From a bacterium (GTDB taxonomy: Bacteria; Hinthialibacterota; Hinthialibacteria; Hinthialibacterales; Hinthialibacteraceae), in the NCBI GenBank assembly GCA_041946805.1, contig JBHGBC010000081.1:1-26108 (forward strand): DNA of 26,108 nt, given 5' to 3'. Of this stretch, positions 1 through 8,671 are shown piece by piece. The position numbers were made by a program, and so were the translations under genes. The notes under the pieces are model-generated. The model searched no databases and was not told where the DNA came from. It saw nothing but the letters and a program-made list of their open reading frames with translations. Within the stretch, counting starts at the first letter, position 1, and each line of letters opens with the position of its first letter.

Positions 1-2
1 TC

Positions 3-77
3 TGTAAAACACCCTCCACCCCCGCGAAATTCAAGAAATTGATGGCTTGGCGTAAACAACAGGACGGGCAGGCTTGA
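3..77 (+). CDS. 3' end of a probable DUF1778/TacA-type antitoxin, truncated by the window edge
   Basis: Open frame from the window start reads CKTPSTPAKFKKLMAWRKQQDGQA* with TGA at 75-77. This resembles the Pro-rich then 'LKKLM' C-terminus of DUF1778 antitoxins, and it abuts the GNAT toxin gene. Confidence 0.5.
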   Translation, partial: CKTPSTPAKFKKLMAWRKQQDGQA

Positions 78-102
78 TTTTTCATCCGTTTACACAATCG
101 AG

Positions 103-588
103 TTGTTCAATCCGCGCCATGAGCGGTCAGGCTTTGATTGCGGCGTGCAGGAACTCAATGAATATTTTCTGCGGCGCGCCGGCCAAGATGCGCGCCGGAA
201 GATAGCCACGATTTGGGTGGCGCTCCGACAAGCGGACGGCAAGACGGTTGGATTCTATTCGCTGTCCATGGCGGCGGTGCCTCTCGACGCTCTCCCGGCG
301 GATATCCAGAAAAAACAGCCGCGGTATGGGAATGTCCCCGCCATCCGGTCAGGCCGCCTCGCAGCCGCTCTCGAAGTTCAGGGCCGGGGGTTAGGTAAAT
401 ATCTATTCACGGACGCCCTGTTGCGTTGCCTGAGGAATGAAATCGCCTGGGCATTGTTTCTTGTGGACGCGAAGGATAATCACTCGCGCCAATTGTATTC
501 ACATTTTGGATTTTTTCCGTTTCAGGAGAATCCCAATCACCTATACCTGCCGCGATCTGTGATTGAGAGGGAATATAACTCAGGCTAA
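103..588 (+). CDS. GNAT N-acetyltransferase, AtaT/TacT-like toxin family
   Basis: Motifs HERSGFDCGVQELNEYF, GFYSLS, VPAIRSGRLA, QGRGLG (acetyl-CoA binding), LVDAKD and LYSHFGF. The start is uncertain: the frame is open back to 43 and reads DFSSVYTIE before the TTG at 103. Confidence 0.85.
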   Translation: MFNPRHERSGFDCGVQELNEYFLRRAGQDARRKIATIWVALRQADGKTVGFYSLSMAAVPLDALPADIQKKQPRYGNVPAIRSGRLAAALEVQGRGLGKYLFTDALLRCLRNEIAWALFLVDAKDNHSRQLYSHFGFFPFQENPNHLYLPRSVIEREYNSG

Positions 589-654
589 ACAATTAGCGCC
601 TTGCATAAATCAGGGTGAGGCGGCGGGGAATCGCATAAGGTGAGTCGGCGTTTT

Positions 655-2334
655 TTATCGCGGCTCCACCGCCGGACGCGCGGCGGTCACATCGCTGACC
701 ACGGCCTGCGAGGCCAGGTATTTCCACGACACGGCGGCTAAAAACAGAATCTCGAATCCCAGGTAGCCGGTCACGTACCACCCGCCGCCCGAGCCGAATC
801 CGTAACTGTGCAGCCCCGTGCCGAGGACAAAGTTCACGCCGTACCAGGTCATCAAAATCAACCCGAAGCCGAGGATCGAACAAACCGCCGTGCCGAAATT
901 GGCGACCCAGTCGGTGTACCGGGCGTGCAGGATGGCCATGTACCCCAGCAGCGAGATCAATGCCCAGGTTTCCTTGGGATCCCAGCCCCAAAAGCGGCCC
1001 CAGGATTCGGCGGCCCACACGCCTCCCAAAATCGTGCCCGCAGCCAGCAGCACGACGCCCACCTGCAACACGCGGTACAGGAAGAGGCTGAGGTTGTTGA
1101 GCAGGTCGCGCCGGTGGGGGAAATAGAAGTACACTCCCAGGTTGATGTGCGCCAGCCCCATCGCCAACGCGAAGGCGCTGTAGCTGAGCGTGATCGTCAG
1201 CACGTGGATAATCAGCCAGTAATTACTGCGCAAGACGGGGACGAGGGGATCGATGTCGGGATCGAACGGCAGGATGTCGGCCATGATCAACATCCCCACG
1301 CCCAGGGCGCAGGCGGTGGTGACGAACCAGCGCTGGCGGTAGATCAGTTCGAAGACGATGGCGAACAGAATAATGCCCCAGCCCACGAAAACCACCGATT
1401 CATACATATTGGACACCGGCGGGCGGCCCGAAATCAGGCTGCGGATGATCAGGCCATAAGTATGATAGCCGAAGCCCATGATGCCCGTGACCACCGAGAT
1501 CCAATACAAATACCGGTTGGTGAAATAAAACGAAACCAACAGCAACAAAAAAGCGGTCAAGTAGTAAATCCACGAGTTGAGGAACGGCCGCGTTTGGTTG
1601 TAATCGATTTCCCGCTGGATCAGCGTCAACGAGGGATACAGGGCGGTATTCAATTGCGCCAACTGGGTTTTCAACTCGCTGCCCGCCTGCGTGAGCGACG
1701 CGGCGTCCTGGTTTTTGACCGCGGCGAGCACCTGGAGAAACGTTTTCTTGAGTGCGTCCTGGGTTTCGGCGGAATAGCCGTGGGGATGATTGATCGACAG
1801 CCAGGCGGCTTCCACATCATCGCCAAGGGGAGGAACGACGGCCAGCGCCTCGCCGGTCTGGATGGATTGGAACAGAGTCAGCTGGTGATACAACTTGGAA
1901 ACTTCATTTTCCAGCCGGCTGAAATTCTCCTCGTTGCGGCTGTGCTTTTCCGAAACCCGGTCGAGCAGTTCGCGGAACTGATTGTTGGCCGCCAATTCGT
2001 TGTAGGAGAAATGCGTCTGGGCGGGATCGAGTCCCATCGCCTCCTTGAGGGGCTGATAGTCGATGCGGACGATCTTTTCGTTGTACCAGTCCTCGCTGGT
2101 CATGAAGGACAGCAAGTAGCCCAAGGGGTCGCGGCCTTCAAATTTCCACCGGCCCGTGATATCGCGCAGCGATTCGCCGGCGAAGGTATCCAGGGGCTTG
2201 TACCGCCCGTTATCCTGGATGGGGATCCCGCGCAGGGAATCGAAATCGAGGCCTATGGGGTACTCGATCCCCTGGGCGGTCCAGGCGGTCAGACCGAGCA
2301 AGGTAAGGAAAATGGCGTGTTTCAAGGGATTCAT
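655..2334 (-). CDS. ccsA: Cytochrome c biogenesis protein CcsA/ResC (system II) with a large N-terminal periplasmic domain
   Basis: WWD motif WAAESWGRFWGWDPKETW, conserved His in WLIIHV and GLHSYG, PPVSNMYES, and GRYKPLDTFA. ATG at 2334 follows a GGAGG RBS and overlaps the upstream stop (ATGA). Confidence 0.93.
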   Translation of the reverse strand: MNPLKHAIFLTLLGLTAWTAQGIEYPIGLDFDSLRGIPIQDNGRYKPLDTFAGESLRDITGRWKFEGRDPLGYLLSFMTSEDWYNEKIVRIDYQPLKEAMGLDPAQTHFSYNELAANNQFRELLDRVSEKHSRNEENFSRLENEVSKLYHQLTLFQSIQTGEALAVVPPLGDDVEAAWLSINHPHGYSAETQDALKKTFLQVLAAVKNQDAASLTQAGSELKTQLAQLNTALYPSLTLIQREIDYNQTRPFLNSWIYYLTAFLLLLVSFYFTNRYLYWISVVTGIMGFGYHTYGLIIRSLISGRPPVSNMYESVVFVGWGIILFAIVFELIYRQRWFVTTACALGVGMLIMADILPFDPDIDPLVPVLRSNYWLIIHVLTITLSYSAFALAMGLAHINLGVYFYFPHRRDLLNNLSLFLYRVLQVGVVLLAAGTILGGVWAAESWGRFWGWDPKETWALISLLGYMAILHARYTDWVANFGTAVCSILGFGLILMTWYGVNFVLGTGLHSYGFGSGGGWYVTGYLGFEILFLAAVSWKYLASQAVVSDVTAARPAVEPR

Positions 2335-4148
2335 GCCTCCTGTTGGGAGAGGGATACGGGGGGAATGACGGCCCGGGCCTTGCGGCGGGAGACGAACATG
2401 ACGACCATGCCCAGGCACATGACGATGGAGCCGATATAAATGATGGGTGTTCCCGGAGCGCGGGCGACACTGAAGATCGAGGTGTCGGGCGCCCCGTTTT
2501 GGCCTTCGATGTAACTGGATTGATAGACCAGGAATTGGTTGTAATCCAGTGGATTGTTCATGTAAATCAGGGTCTCTTTTTCGATCTGGTTTTGCGGATC
2601 GATCAGCTTCACCAGGCTCTGAAACTTCGCGGGCCGGTTGGTACCCGGATAACGCGGGGCTTGGAAGTCGATGAGATGGATCGCGAAGCCCAGGGGATAG
2701 CGCTTGCGCCCGAACTCGATGACACAAGGTTCTCCGCCGGGCATGAGGGTTTCGGGATTATCGAACGAAACAAACCGGGACGCGCTTTGTCCCTGGTATT
2801 CCACCCGGACCAGCAGGGCGGGATGGTTATGCGGGCCGGGTGCGTCGAGACCCTGGTCGACGATTTCCTCCGTGACCTGTGCGTTGGGGATGTACTGCTG
2901 CACGGACAACATCACCTGCGGCCAGGTGGTTTGGAATTTTTCCCCGAGGGTAATTTTCCCGGTGAGAAATCCGCCCGCCGTGTTCGTGGCGCGGTAATGA
3001 AGCCCGCCGTCCGGCGCTTCCAGAATGGTAACCTGGTTGGATGATCCGGCGCTCGAATCTTTCGGATACACGAGACGCGCGTTCAGGCCGCTGGGATTGG
3101 CTTGGCCGTGGATGGAGCCGAAATCGGGGAATTCAGAGAAGGCCAGGTGCTCTTCGGTCCCATCCGGCCCTTCGAGCGTGAACCGGATGGCCGGATTCAG
3201 CGCGCCCTCCTCGCGGTTGATCAATTTCCCATCCTGGATGGCCGCCCGCGGCATGAAATCCTTGTTCTGGACGGTGTACTGTTTCTGATTCCATTCAAAA
3301 GTCTTGGGCCCTTGCAGCAATTCGTCCAGCGCGATGGTTTGCGCCACCGAGCCGTCCGCTTGCAGCAGCAGCACCTGCCCGGCCGGCTGGGCCGTTGGGC
3401 TCGAGGGGGGAGCGAGGGCGGCTTCCAACTCCGCCGGCGTTTCCACGCGCCGGAACACGACCTGCGCCATCTGCCCCAGGCTCATGGTGTTCTGCGCGGG
3501 ATCCTGGGCGATCAGCCAGGGCCCGAGGCTGGCCTCGTTCATCCCGGCCTGGTGCAGTCCCAACTGAATGGCGGGATGGCCGGCCGCGCCGCCGCCGGTG
3601 ACATGCCGCACAGGCTGCGGATTGCGCAGATAGCGTTCCACGTAGCAGACGATCCCCGTTTCCCCCACCGGATACCGGATTTCCTTCCCTTCCGGGATGG
3701 GCCGGTCGAGAAACCAGGGATCGAACTCCACCTGGGCGTTTAAACGTGGCGCTTTGACAGACAATACGGTTTCATTGATGCGGATGGAATCGGAGGTGTT
3801 CCCTTCCTGAAGAATCAACTGCCCCTCGATGCCGAACTTCCGGGTGACCATGGAGCCGGTGAGGATGATGAGGATTCCCAGGTGGGTGATCACGAACCCG
3901 GTGTGGCGTTTCTTCCAGGGAAAACGGCTCATGGCCGCGCAAAACACGTTGACTCCCAGGATGAAAAGCAGAAAATCGAACCACCGGGTTTGATAAATGA
4001 GGCGCTGGACGTTTTCCGTGCTCGTTTTCGATTCGAGGATCGTGGCCCAACTCAGCAGAATCACGAAAGTTATGAGCAGGATGACGGCCAGCTTAATACT
4101 GGCCAGAAAATCGAAAATACTCTTCGTTACCGAATTCACAATGATCAA
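2331..4148 (-). CDS. ResB/CcsB-like cytochrome c biogenesis protein
   Basis: Three N-terminal TM segments (FLASIKLAVILL...; GFVITHLGILIIL with the conserved His), a large periplasmic region, IYMNNPLDY..YQSSY, and a C-terminal TM (APGTPIIYIG). Translationally coupled to ccsA. Confidence 0.88.
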   Translation of the reverse strand: MIIVNSVTKSIFDFLASIKLAVILLITFVILLSWATILESKTSTENVQRLIYQTRWFDFLLFILGVNVFCAAMSRFPWKKRHTGFVITHLGILIILTGSMVTRKFGIEGQLILQEGNTSDSIRINETVLSVKAPRLNAQVEFDPWFLDRPIPEGKEIRYPVGETGIVCYVERYLRNPQPVRHVTGGGAAGHPAIQLGLHQAGMNEASLGPWLIAQDPAQNTMSLGQMAQVVFRRVETPAELEAALAPPSSPTAQPAGQVLLLQADGSVAQTIALDELLQGPKTFEWNQKQYTVQNKDFMPRAAIQDGKLINREEGALNPAIRFTLEGPDGTEEHLAFSEFPDFGSIHGQANPSGLNARLVYPKDSSAGSSNQVTILEAPDGGLHYRATNTAGGFLTGKITLGEKFQTTWPQVMLSVQQYIPNAQVTEEIVDQGLDAPGPHNHPALLVRVEYQGQSASRFVSFDNPETLMPGGEPCVIEFGRKRYPLGFAIHLIDFQAPRYPGTNRPAKFQSLVKLIDPQNQIEKETLIYMNNPLDYNQFLVYQSSYIEGQNGAPDTSIFSVARAPGTPIIYIGSIVMCLGMVVMFVSRRKARAVIPPVSLSQQEA

Positions 4149-4296
4149 TCTCGGGTTTCAGAATGGGGTCCATTCCGTGTTGGAATCGTGATGGATTCGA
4201 TCATGTTGCATTGGGTCAATATATCGAACCGTGTGAAGTGAACCAAGTTGACTCAGTTATTGTAGTTTCGCGCGAAAGATTGGAAAGGTATATGGC

Positions 4297-5439
4297 ATGA
4301 CTTCCGCCTGGTCGTACTGTGACCGCTCCGACCGCGGCTATGGCTTGTTCAAACGGCGGATTTTCCAGGCCTTGGAAAAACTCGGCTGGACCGTCGCCTT
4401 GGCCGAGGTCCCCCTGCTGGACGCCTCCGCCAAGGCGGTTTTGCGGGAACATCTTGACCAAAACGCTCCGGATTGGATCTTTCTGATCAATCAATCCGCG
4501 GGGCAGTTTTATGACTATCTCGAGCTTCCCCGTGAGCGCCGGCCCTATGCCACCCGGAAATTCGTTTGGTATCTGGATGATCCCCATTTCTTTGTGGACC
4601 GCCCCTTCGAACCGCTCGAACACGTCTTCAGCTTCGATGAGACCTACCTGGACTACCTGCGGGAATTCACGCCGAATGTGTGCGGTTTCTTCCCCCTGGC
4701 GGCGGATCTCGAAACGCCGGGCGCATGGGATTCCCGCTACGCCTGCGAGGTCAGTTTCGTCGGCGGCGTGATCGATCAGTCAGAACGCCGGGCGCGGCTT
4801 TCCTCCGAAATGCGGGATTACGTCGGCCGCCTCGTGGATCTCCACCTCCAATCCCGCCATAAAACCTTTTTCGAACTGGCGGGCGAATATCCCATCGCGC
4901 CCGGCAAGCGGATCCAAATCACCCCGCCCGTGGCCCATTACCTCTATTGGGAGGCCAACAACCAATACCGGCTGCGGGTAGTCCAGGCGCTGGCCGATTT
5001 CGATCTGAGGATTTACGGCAACGAGGATTGGCTTCCCCTCCTCCAGAATACGCCCCTGGCCGGACGCTACGGGGGGCCCATCGATCCCGCGCGCGAGTTG
5101 CCCGCGGTCTTTGCCTCCTCGGCCGTCAATCTCAATATCCATAGCCGGCAATGCCGGGGAAGCCTGAACCAGCGGGATTTCAACGCCCCTCTCGCCGGCG
5201 GATTTCTCCTGTCCGATTGGGTTCCGGCCGCCGGGCGTTATTTTATTCCCGGAGAAGAGGCGGTGTATTGGAGCGATCTGGATGACCTGCGCCGCAAGAC
5301 GGCTTATTACCTGGCCCATCCGGAGGAACGGGAAAAGATCATCCAGCGGGGCCGGGAACGGGTATCGCGCGAACACGCCTATGACAAACGGGTGGAGGAA
5401 TGGCTGCGGATCATGCGTTCCACGTTGGACTCTTTCTAA
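4297..5439 (+). CDS. CgeB-like (Glyco_trans_1_2) glycosyltransferase
   Basis: WYLDDP, FPLAAD, VSFVG, SAVNLNIH, NQRDFNAPLAGGFLLSD, DLRRKTAYYLAHPEEREKI...GRERV..EH.Y..R. Confidence 0.85.
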   Translation: MTSAWSYCDRSDRGYGLFKRRIFQALEKLGWTVALAEVPLLDASAKAVLREHLDQNAPDWIFLINQSAGQFYDYLELPRERRPYATRKFVWYLDDPHFFVDRPFEPLEHVFSFDETYLDYLREFTPNVCGFFPLAADLETPGAWDSRYACEVSFVGGVIDQSERRARLSSEMRDYVGRLVDLHLQSRHKTFFELAGEYPIAPGKRIQITPPVAHYLYWEANNQYRLRVVQALADFDLRIYGNEDWLPLLQNTPLAGRYGGPIDPARELPAVFASSAVNLNIHSRQCRGSLNQRDFNAPLAGGFLLSDWVPAAGRYFIPGEEAVYWSDLDDLRRKTAYYLAHPEEREKIIQRGRERVSREHAYDKRVEEWLRIMRSTLDSF

Positions 5440-5512
5440 CCGCCATTCGTGTAGGTTGTCCTTGTGGATCAGGCCTTCAGCCTGCATCCCCTCCCCCTCT
5501 GAATCCTCTGGC

Positions 5513-6229
5513 TCATCCCTTCTGCGGGCTAACCACCAGGATGGGCTTGAATTCACCGAAACGGGATTCGATTTGCCGGTACCGGCGTGTGATTTCGCCC
5601 GGATTCAGCGGCAGGGGAGCATCGAAACGCACCGCCGCGATGTAGGGCGTGGGTAATGGAGATCCTTCGGCGGCGTTTACCCAGTCCCACGGCAGGCAAA
5701 GACCCAATGGATGCTTTAATTGCATGGCGTGTTGATCCCTGAACTCCATTCCCCAGGGCAGCGAGGACGGGGTGGAATCCAGAATCACTTGCAAGTCCAT
5801 GTCATTCATGTATTCGATGATGCTTTTCAGGACCTGGCGGGGACCCGGCTGAGACAGGGCTTCCGGCCGCGCCAGGGTGATCCGCGCGGCGCGGAATTCG
5901 GCGTAGGAGGCGAGGTCCGCCCACCCATCGACGGTGGAAATCTCATCCCCCAGGCTCTCTTCCGGTTTTTCGGGATCGGCCGGGATGTGGATCGAACCGA
6001 ATCCGCAGCCCGCCTCCGCGGCTTGTTGCAACAACCGGTCGATCTGCTCGATGGTGGGTTGTTCCGGACTGGGGGCCCCCCGGCCCGGACGTTCGACGGC
6101 ATACTCCAGGGCGGCCTCCATCCCGAAATCCTGAAAAGCCCGGAGCCACTTCGTCACGGTGGAAAACCAGTTCTCGTAAGTTCCGTCCGTGGGAAGCGGG
6201 TATGAAAGAAAGAGAAGAGGATTGTTCAT
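5513..6229 (-). CDS. Hypothetical protein, possibly a degenerate xylose-isomerase-like TIM barrel
   Basis: ATG at 6229 gives 238 aa. The pattern FGMEAALEY / AAEAGCGFGSIH / ADLASYAEFRAARIT / LKSIIEYMNDMDLQVILD echoes sugar-phosphate isomerase/epimerase barrels. Confidence 0.55.
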   Translation of the reverse strand: MNNPLLFLSYPLPTDGTYENWFSTVTKWLRAFQDFGMEAALEYAVERPGRGAPSPEQPTIEQIDRLLQQAAEAGCGFGSIHIPADPEKPEESLGDEISTVDGWADLASYAEFRAARITLARPEALSQPGPRQVLKSIIEYMNDMDLQVILDSTPSSLPWGMEFRDQHAMQLKHPLGLCLPWDWVNAAEGSPLPTPYIAAVRFDAPLPLNPGEITRRYRQIESRFGEFKPILVVSPQKG

Positions 6230-6447
6230 TGCTGCTGGTTCACATGGCCCCGCGTTTTGTTTTTGCGTCCTCACTCCTGTTCTCAATCCCCGCAGTTTAG
6301 AAAATCCAATCTGTGATGACAAGGCGAAGAACCGAAGCGGATCTCCGGCCTGATGTTTCCGCAATATTCTGGATGGTTTTTGGGGGGATAATAGGCCGGT
6401 TTAATCGGAATTCACACTGGATGATTCATTTATGTAGTGAATAGGGG

Positions 6448-6554
6448 TCTCCCGGAGCGGGTTATGTGAATAGCCGAAGGCGATAGCCCATGGTTCAGTA
6501 AAAAAACACCAATCCGGCGGGATTGATAGCAAAATCATTCACTCCCTCAGGTTG
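6448..6554. repeat. Degenerate palindromic intergenic (REP-like) element
   Basis: Perfect hairpin CAATCC-ggcg-GGATTG at 6510-6525, a nested hairpin GGGTTAT..GCC-gaa-GGC..ATAGCCC, and a partly complementary segment ATTCACTCCCTCAGGTTG. Confidence 0.35.
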
Positions 6555-6670
6555 TTTTCATTCCCCCCTGGGATGCCGCACGCCGGCCGATCGTATCGGC
6601 CTTGGAGTTCTCGTCTCCTCATGGATGTCAATTCGGCCGGTATTTGTGGCAGGACATTGACTTCCCCCGG

Positions 6671-7090
6671 TCATGCTTTCCGTTCTTCGGTATGGAATAC
6701 ATGATACAAAACCGGTTTGGTGGGGCTGGGCGGTTCTTTTTCGGAGGGGGGCTGGGAGGAGGATTCCTGGATGAAATCCAATGAGGAATGGAAAGTGAAA
6801 TACGAATCCAGCCGGGCGGTCTCGAGGATGAACCGGAAACTGGAGGGCATGTTGTAGATTTGCAGTTTCCCCTGCGCGGGAAGGAGAATTTTCCCCAGCC
6901 GGAACAGGAGTACGGCGAAATGGACCGGCAGGGTTTCCATGTGGCCCAGGTCCAGGATGATCTCGGACGGATTGCGGGCGAGGATCGTCTTGAAATGCTG
7001 TTCCAGCGCCTCGATATCGTCCAATGGCCCTTCGCCCTTGAGCGTCACGAGGTTGTATTCCCCCCGCTGGTTTTCTTCCAGTTGAATCAT
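6671..7090 (-). CDS. STAS-domain (anti-sigma-factor antagonist-like) protein
   Basis: LVTLKGE..LD, IILDLGHMETL, GKLQIYNMPSSFRFILETARLDSYF match the STAS fold pattern. Starts 6 bp downstream of the PilZ gene. Confidence 0.8.
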   Translation of the reverse strand: MIQLEENQRGEYNLVTLKGEGPLDDIEALEQHFKTILARNPSEIILDLGHMETLPVHFAVLLFRLGKILLPAQGKLQIYNMPSSFRFILETARLDSYFTFHSSLDFIQESSSQPPSEKEPPSPTKPVLYHVFHTEERKA

Positions 7091-7096
7091 GGCGTG

Positions 7097-8224
7097 TTAT
7101 TTCCTGTTTTGGTTCTTGATCGCCATCGCCCCGTTGACGGTTTCCGTTAACATGGTTTGCATGGCGGCGGCGTATTCACGCTCGGTCGTTGGTTTGTTCA
7201 AGTAGAACCTGACCGGCAAGAAAAGCGCTTCCTTGACCAGCGCCGCCAGGTAGCCCGGTCCGATGGCCAAAACCGGCGGCACGGGATCGAGCGGCGCGTT
7301 CTTCAACTGATTCAATTGGACGATCGTCCCGCACGATTCCAGATCGATGTCCACAACCACGAACCGGACCCGCTCGGAAGCGATCAGTTTCACCGCGCTG
7401 CCGAATCCCTGGAGCTTCCAGACCGGCATGTCCTGGTTTTTGACCGGCTTCTCCAGGCGGTTGAGGGTGGTCAGGCTGCGGGCGACCAGCAGAATGCCGC
7501 TTTTGGCGCTTCCCAGTTGACTGGCAGGGCTGTCCGGGGCGCTCTCGGCCGGCGGCGCTCCGGCTCCCGTTTCCGAGACGTAACAGATGTAACTACCGGG
7601 CAGGACCAGGCTTTTTTGAAAATACGCCGAGGAGAACGGCCCGGTGACTATGGTTAGGGTGATGCCTTTCTTCTCGAACGCCTGCAAGCTGGACAAAAAC
7701 ACCGTGAACGCGGTCCGTTGAATCTGGTCGATCTGGTGGCAGGAGACCAGCAGCTCCGTCACTCCAGCGGCTTGCGACATGATCTTTTCGGTCAAGGACG
7801 CCGTCTCGAGGGTCAAGGGGCCGGTATAGGCGAGAACCCCTTGGTGCTTGATGAAAAAACTGGTGATGGTGGTGTTACCCCGGTACCAGCGGCGGTACTG
7901 CGGCCGGTCCGGTTCTTCCTTGAACTGGATTCCCGCCCGGTTGCCGCTTTCCAACCGCACCACCACCCCCACCCGGGTCAGGGGATGATTGATCAGTTCA
8001 TGAGTGGATAACGACTCCGGACGCAGCGTCTCGTGATAGGCGGGCAACACCCAGATCTGTTTCCCGGTTTCCAACGGGCTCGAGGCTTCCAACAAGATCC
8101 CCGTGGCGCTTTCATTCAGGATGACGCCCGCGGTGACGGTGAGATAGTCGGTGGTGCAATAGAGGCATTTCTCCTGAGTACGGCGGCGTTCTTCGCGGGG
8201 ATAGGGCGGAAGCACAGTGATCAA
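7097..8224 (-). CDS. PilZ + STAS-like + receiver-like multidomain signalling protein
   Basis: PilZ motifs REERR (RxxxR) and NESATG (D/NxSxxG). Middle segment AYTGPLTLE...LLVSCHQIDQI...FEKKGITLTIV is STAS-like. C-terminal ILLV...FVVVDIDL...PVLAIG...YLNKP is receiver-like. Confidence 0.7.
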   Translation of the reverse strand: MITVLPPYPREERRRTQEKCLYCTTDYLTVTAGVILNESATGILLEASSPLETGKQIWVLPAYHETLRPESLSTHELINHPLTRVGVVVRLESGNRAGIQFKEEPDRPQYRRWYRGNTTITSFFIKHQGVLAYTGPLTLETASLTEKIMSQAAGVTELLVSCHQIDQIQRTAFTVFLSSLQAFEKKGITLTIVTGPFSSAYFQKSLVLPGSYICYVSETGAGAPPAESAPDSPASQLGSAKSGILLVARSLTTLNRLEKPVKNQDMPVWKLQGFGSAVKLIASERVRFVVVDIDLESCGTIVQLNQLKNAPLDPVPPVLAIGPGYLAALVKEALFLPVRFYLNKPTTEREYAAAMQTMLTETVNGAMAIKNQNRK

Positions 8225-8540
8225 TCCTTAGGGAACCAACCTGGAATTCGATGCCATCCTATTTAATCTAGTCTAAAAGAAAAGAGTATCAAGCGGTGTG
8301 TAACAATTGGTGGCGTATTGTAATTATTTTATAAAAATGGAATTGATAGAAATCTCCCTCCTCCATGTCTCTTCCCCGTCCCCTCCGATACGCGACCCTT
8401 CCCGCCTGCTTATCCCGGATGTCTTCTAGATATATTGCAATCTCGTACTGGGGGGATTTTAAGCGAGGGGAGAAAAATCGGATTCATCCGAGAAGTGCGT
8501 ACATATTGAGGTAAAATCGATTTCATTCACTCCGGGATGA

Positions 8541-8566
8541 GGGCGGACCCCAAGGTCCACCCCTAC
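8541..8566 (-). repeat. GTAG-type REP-like palindrome inside the MITE
   Basis: Minus strand reads GTAG-GGGTGGACC-ttgg-GGTCCGCCC. The equivalent in copy 2 is at 21257-21282. Confidence 0.65.
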
Positions 8567-8573
8567 AAAAAAT

Positions 8574-8606
8574 CCCTCACGCTAGCCCTCTCCCCGAGGG
8601 AGAGGG
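8574..8606 (+). repeat. CCCTCAC...CCCTCTCCC-N3-GGGAGAGGG palindromic repeat inside the MITE
   Basis: Perfect 9-bp stem at 8586-8606. Related copies at about 21289-21321 and 18232-18263, and a cousin (CCTCCCCC-N8-GGGGGAGG) at 8843-8866. Confidence 0.7.
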
Positions 8607-8671
8607 AATTTTGGGAGTGGTTTTCATCGATCACTTCGAAGAGATGCGAATCGGCGATCGGAAAAAAAGTA

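Noticed and set aside
603..650. Imperfect tandem repeat GCATAA..GGTGAG(G/T)CGGCG, two units
   Set aside because: Only two short units between convergent genes; not CRISPR-like, and no function can be supported.
808..2439. Long antisense ORFs (this 543-aa one; also 10346-11749, 16030-16932, 16969-17952, 21598-22536)
   Set aside because: Shadow frames opposite well-supported genes in GC-rich DNA, with no recognisable motifs.
2335..2727. N-terminal extension of the 690-aa ORF 655..2727
   Set aside because: It overlaps the ResB-like gene out of frame. The real start is the RBS-preceded ATG at 2334.
6245..6300. Possible c-di-GMP-I riboswitch (GGACGCAAAA on the minus strand) near the PilZ locus
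   Set aside because: The upstream GGCAAA/GNRA stem and the second stem could not be found.
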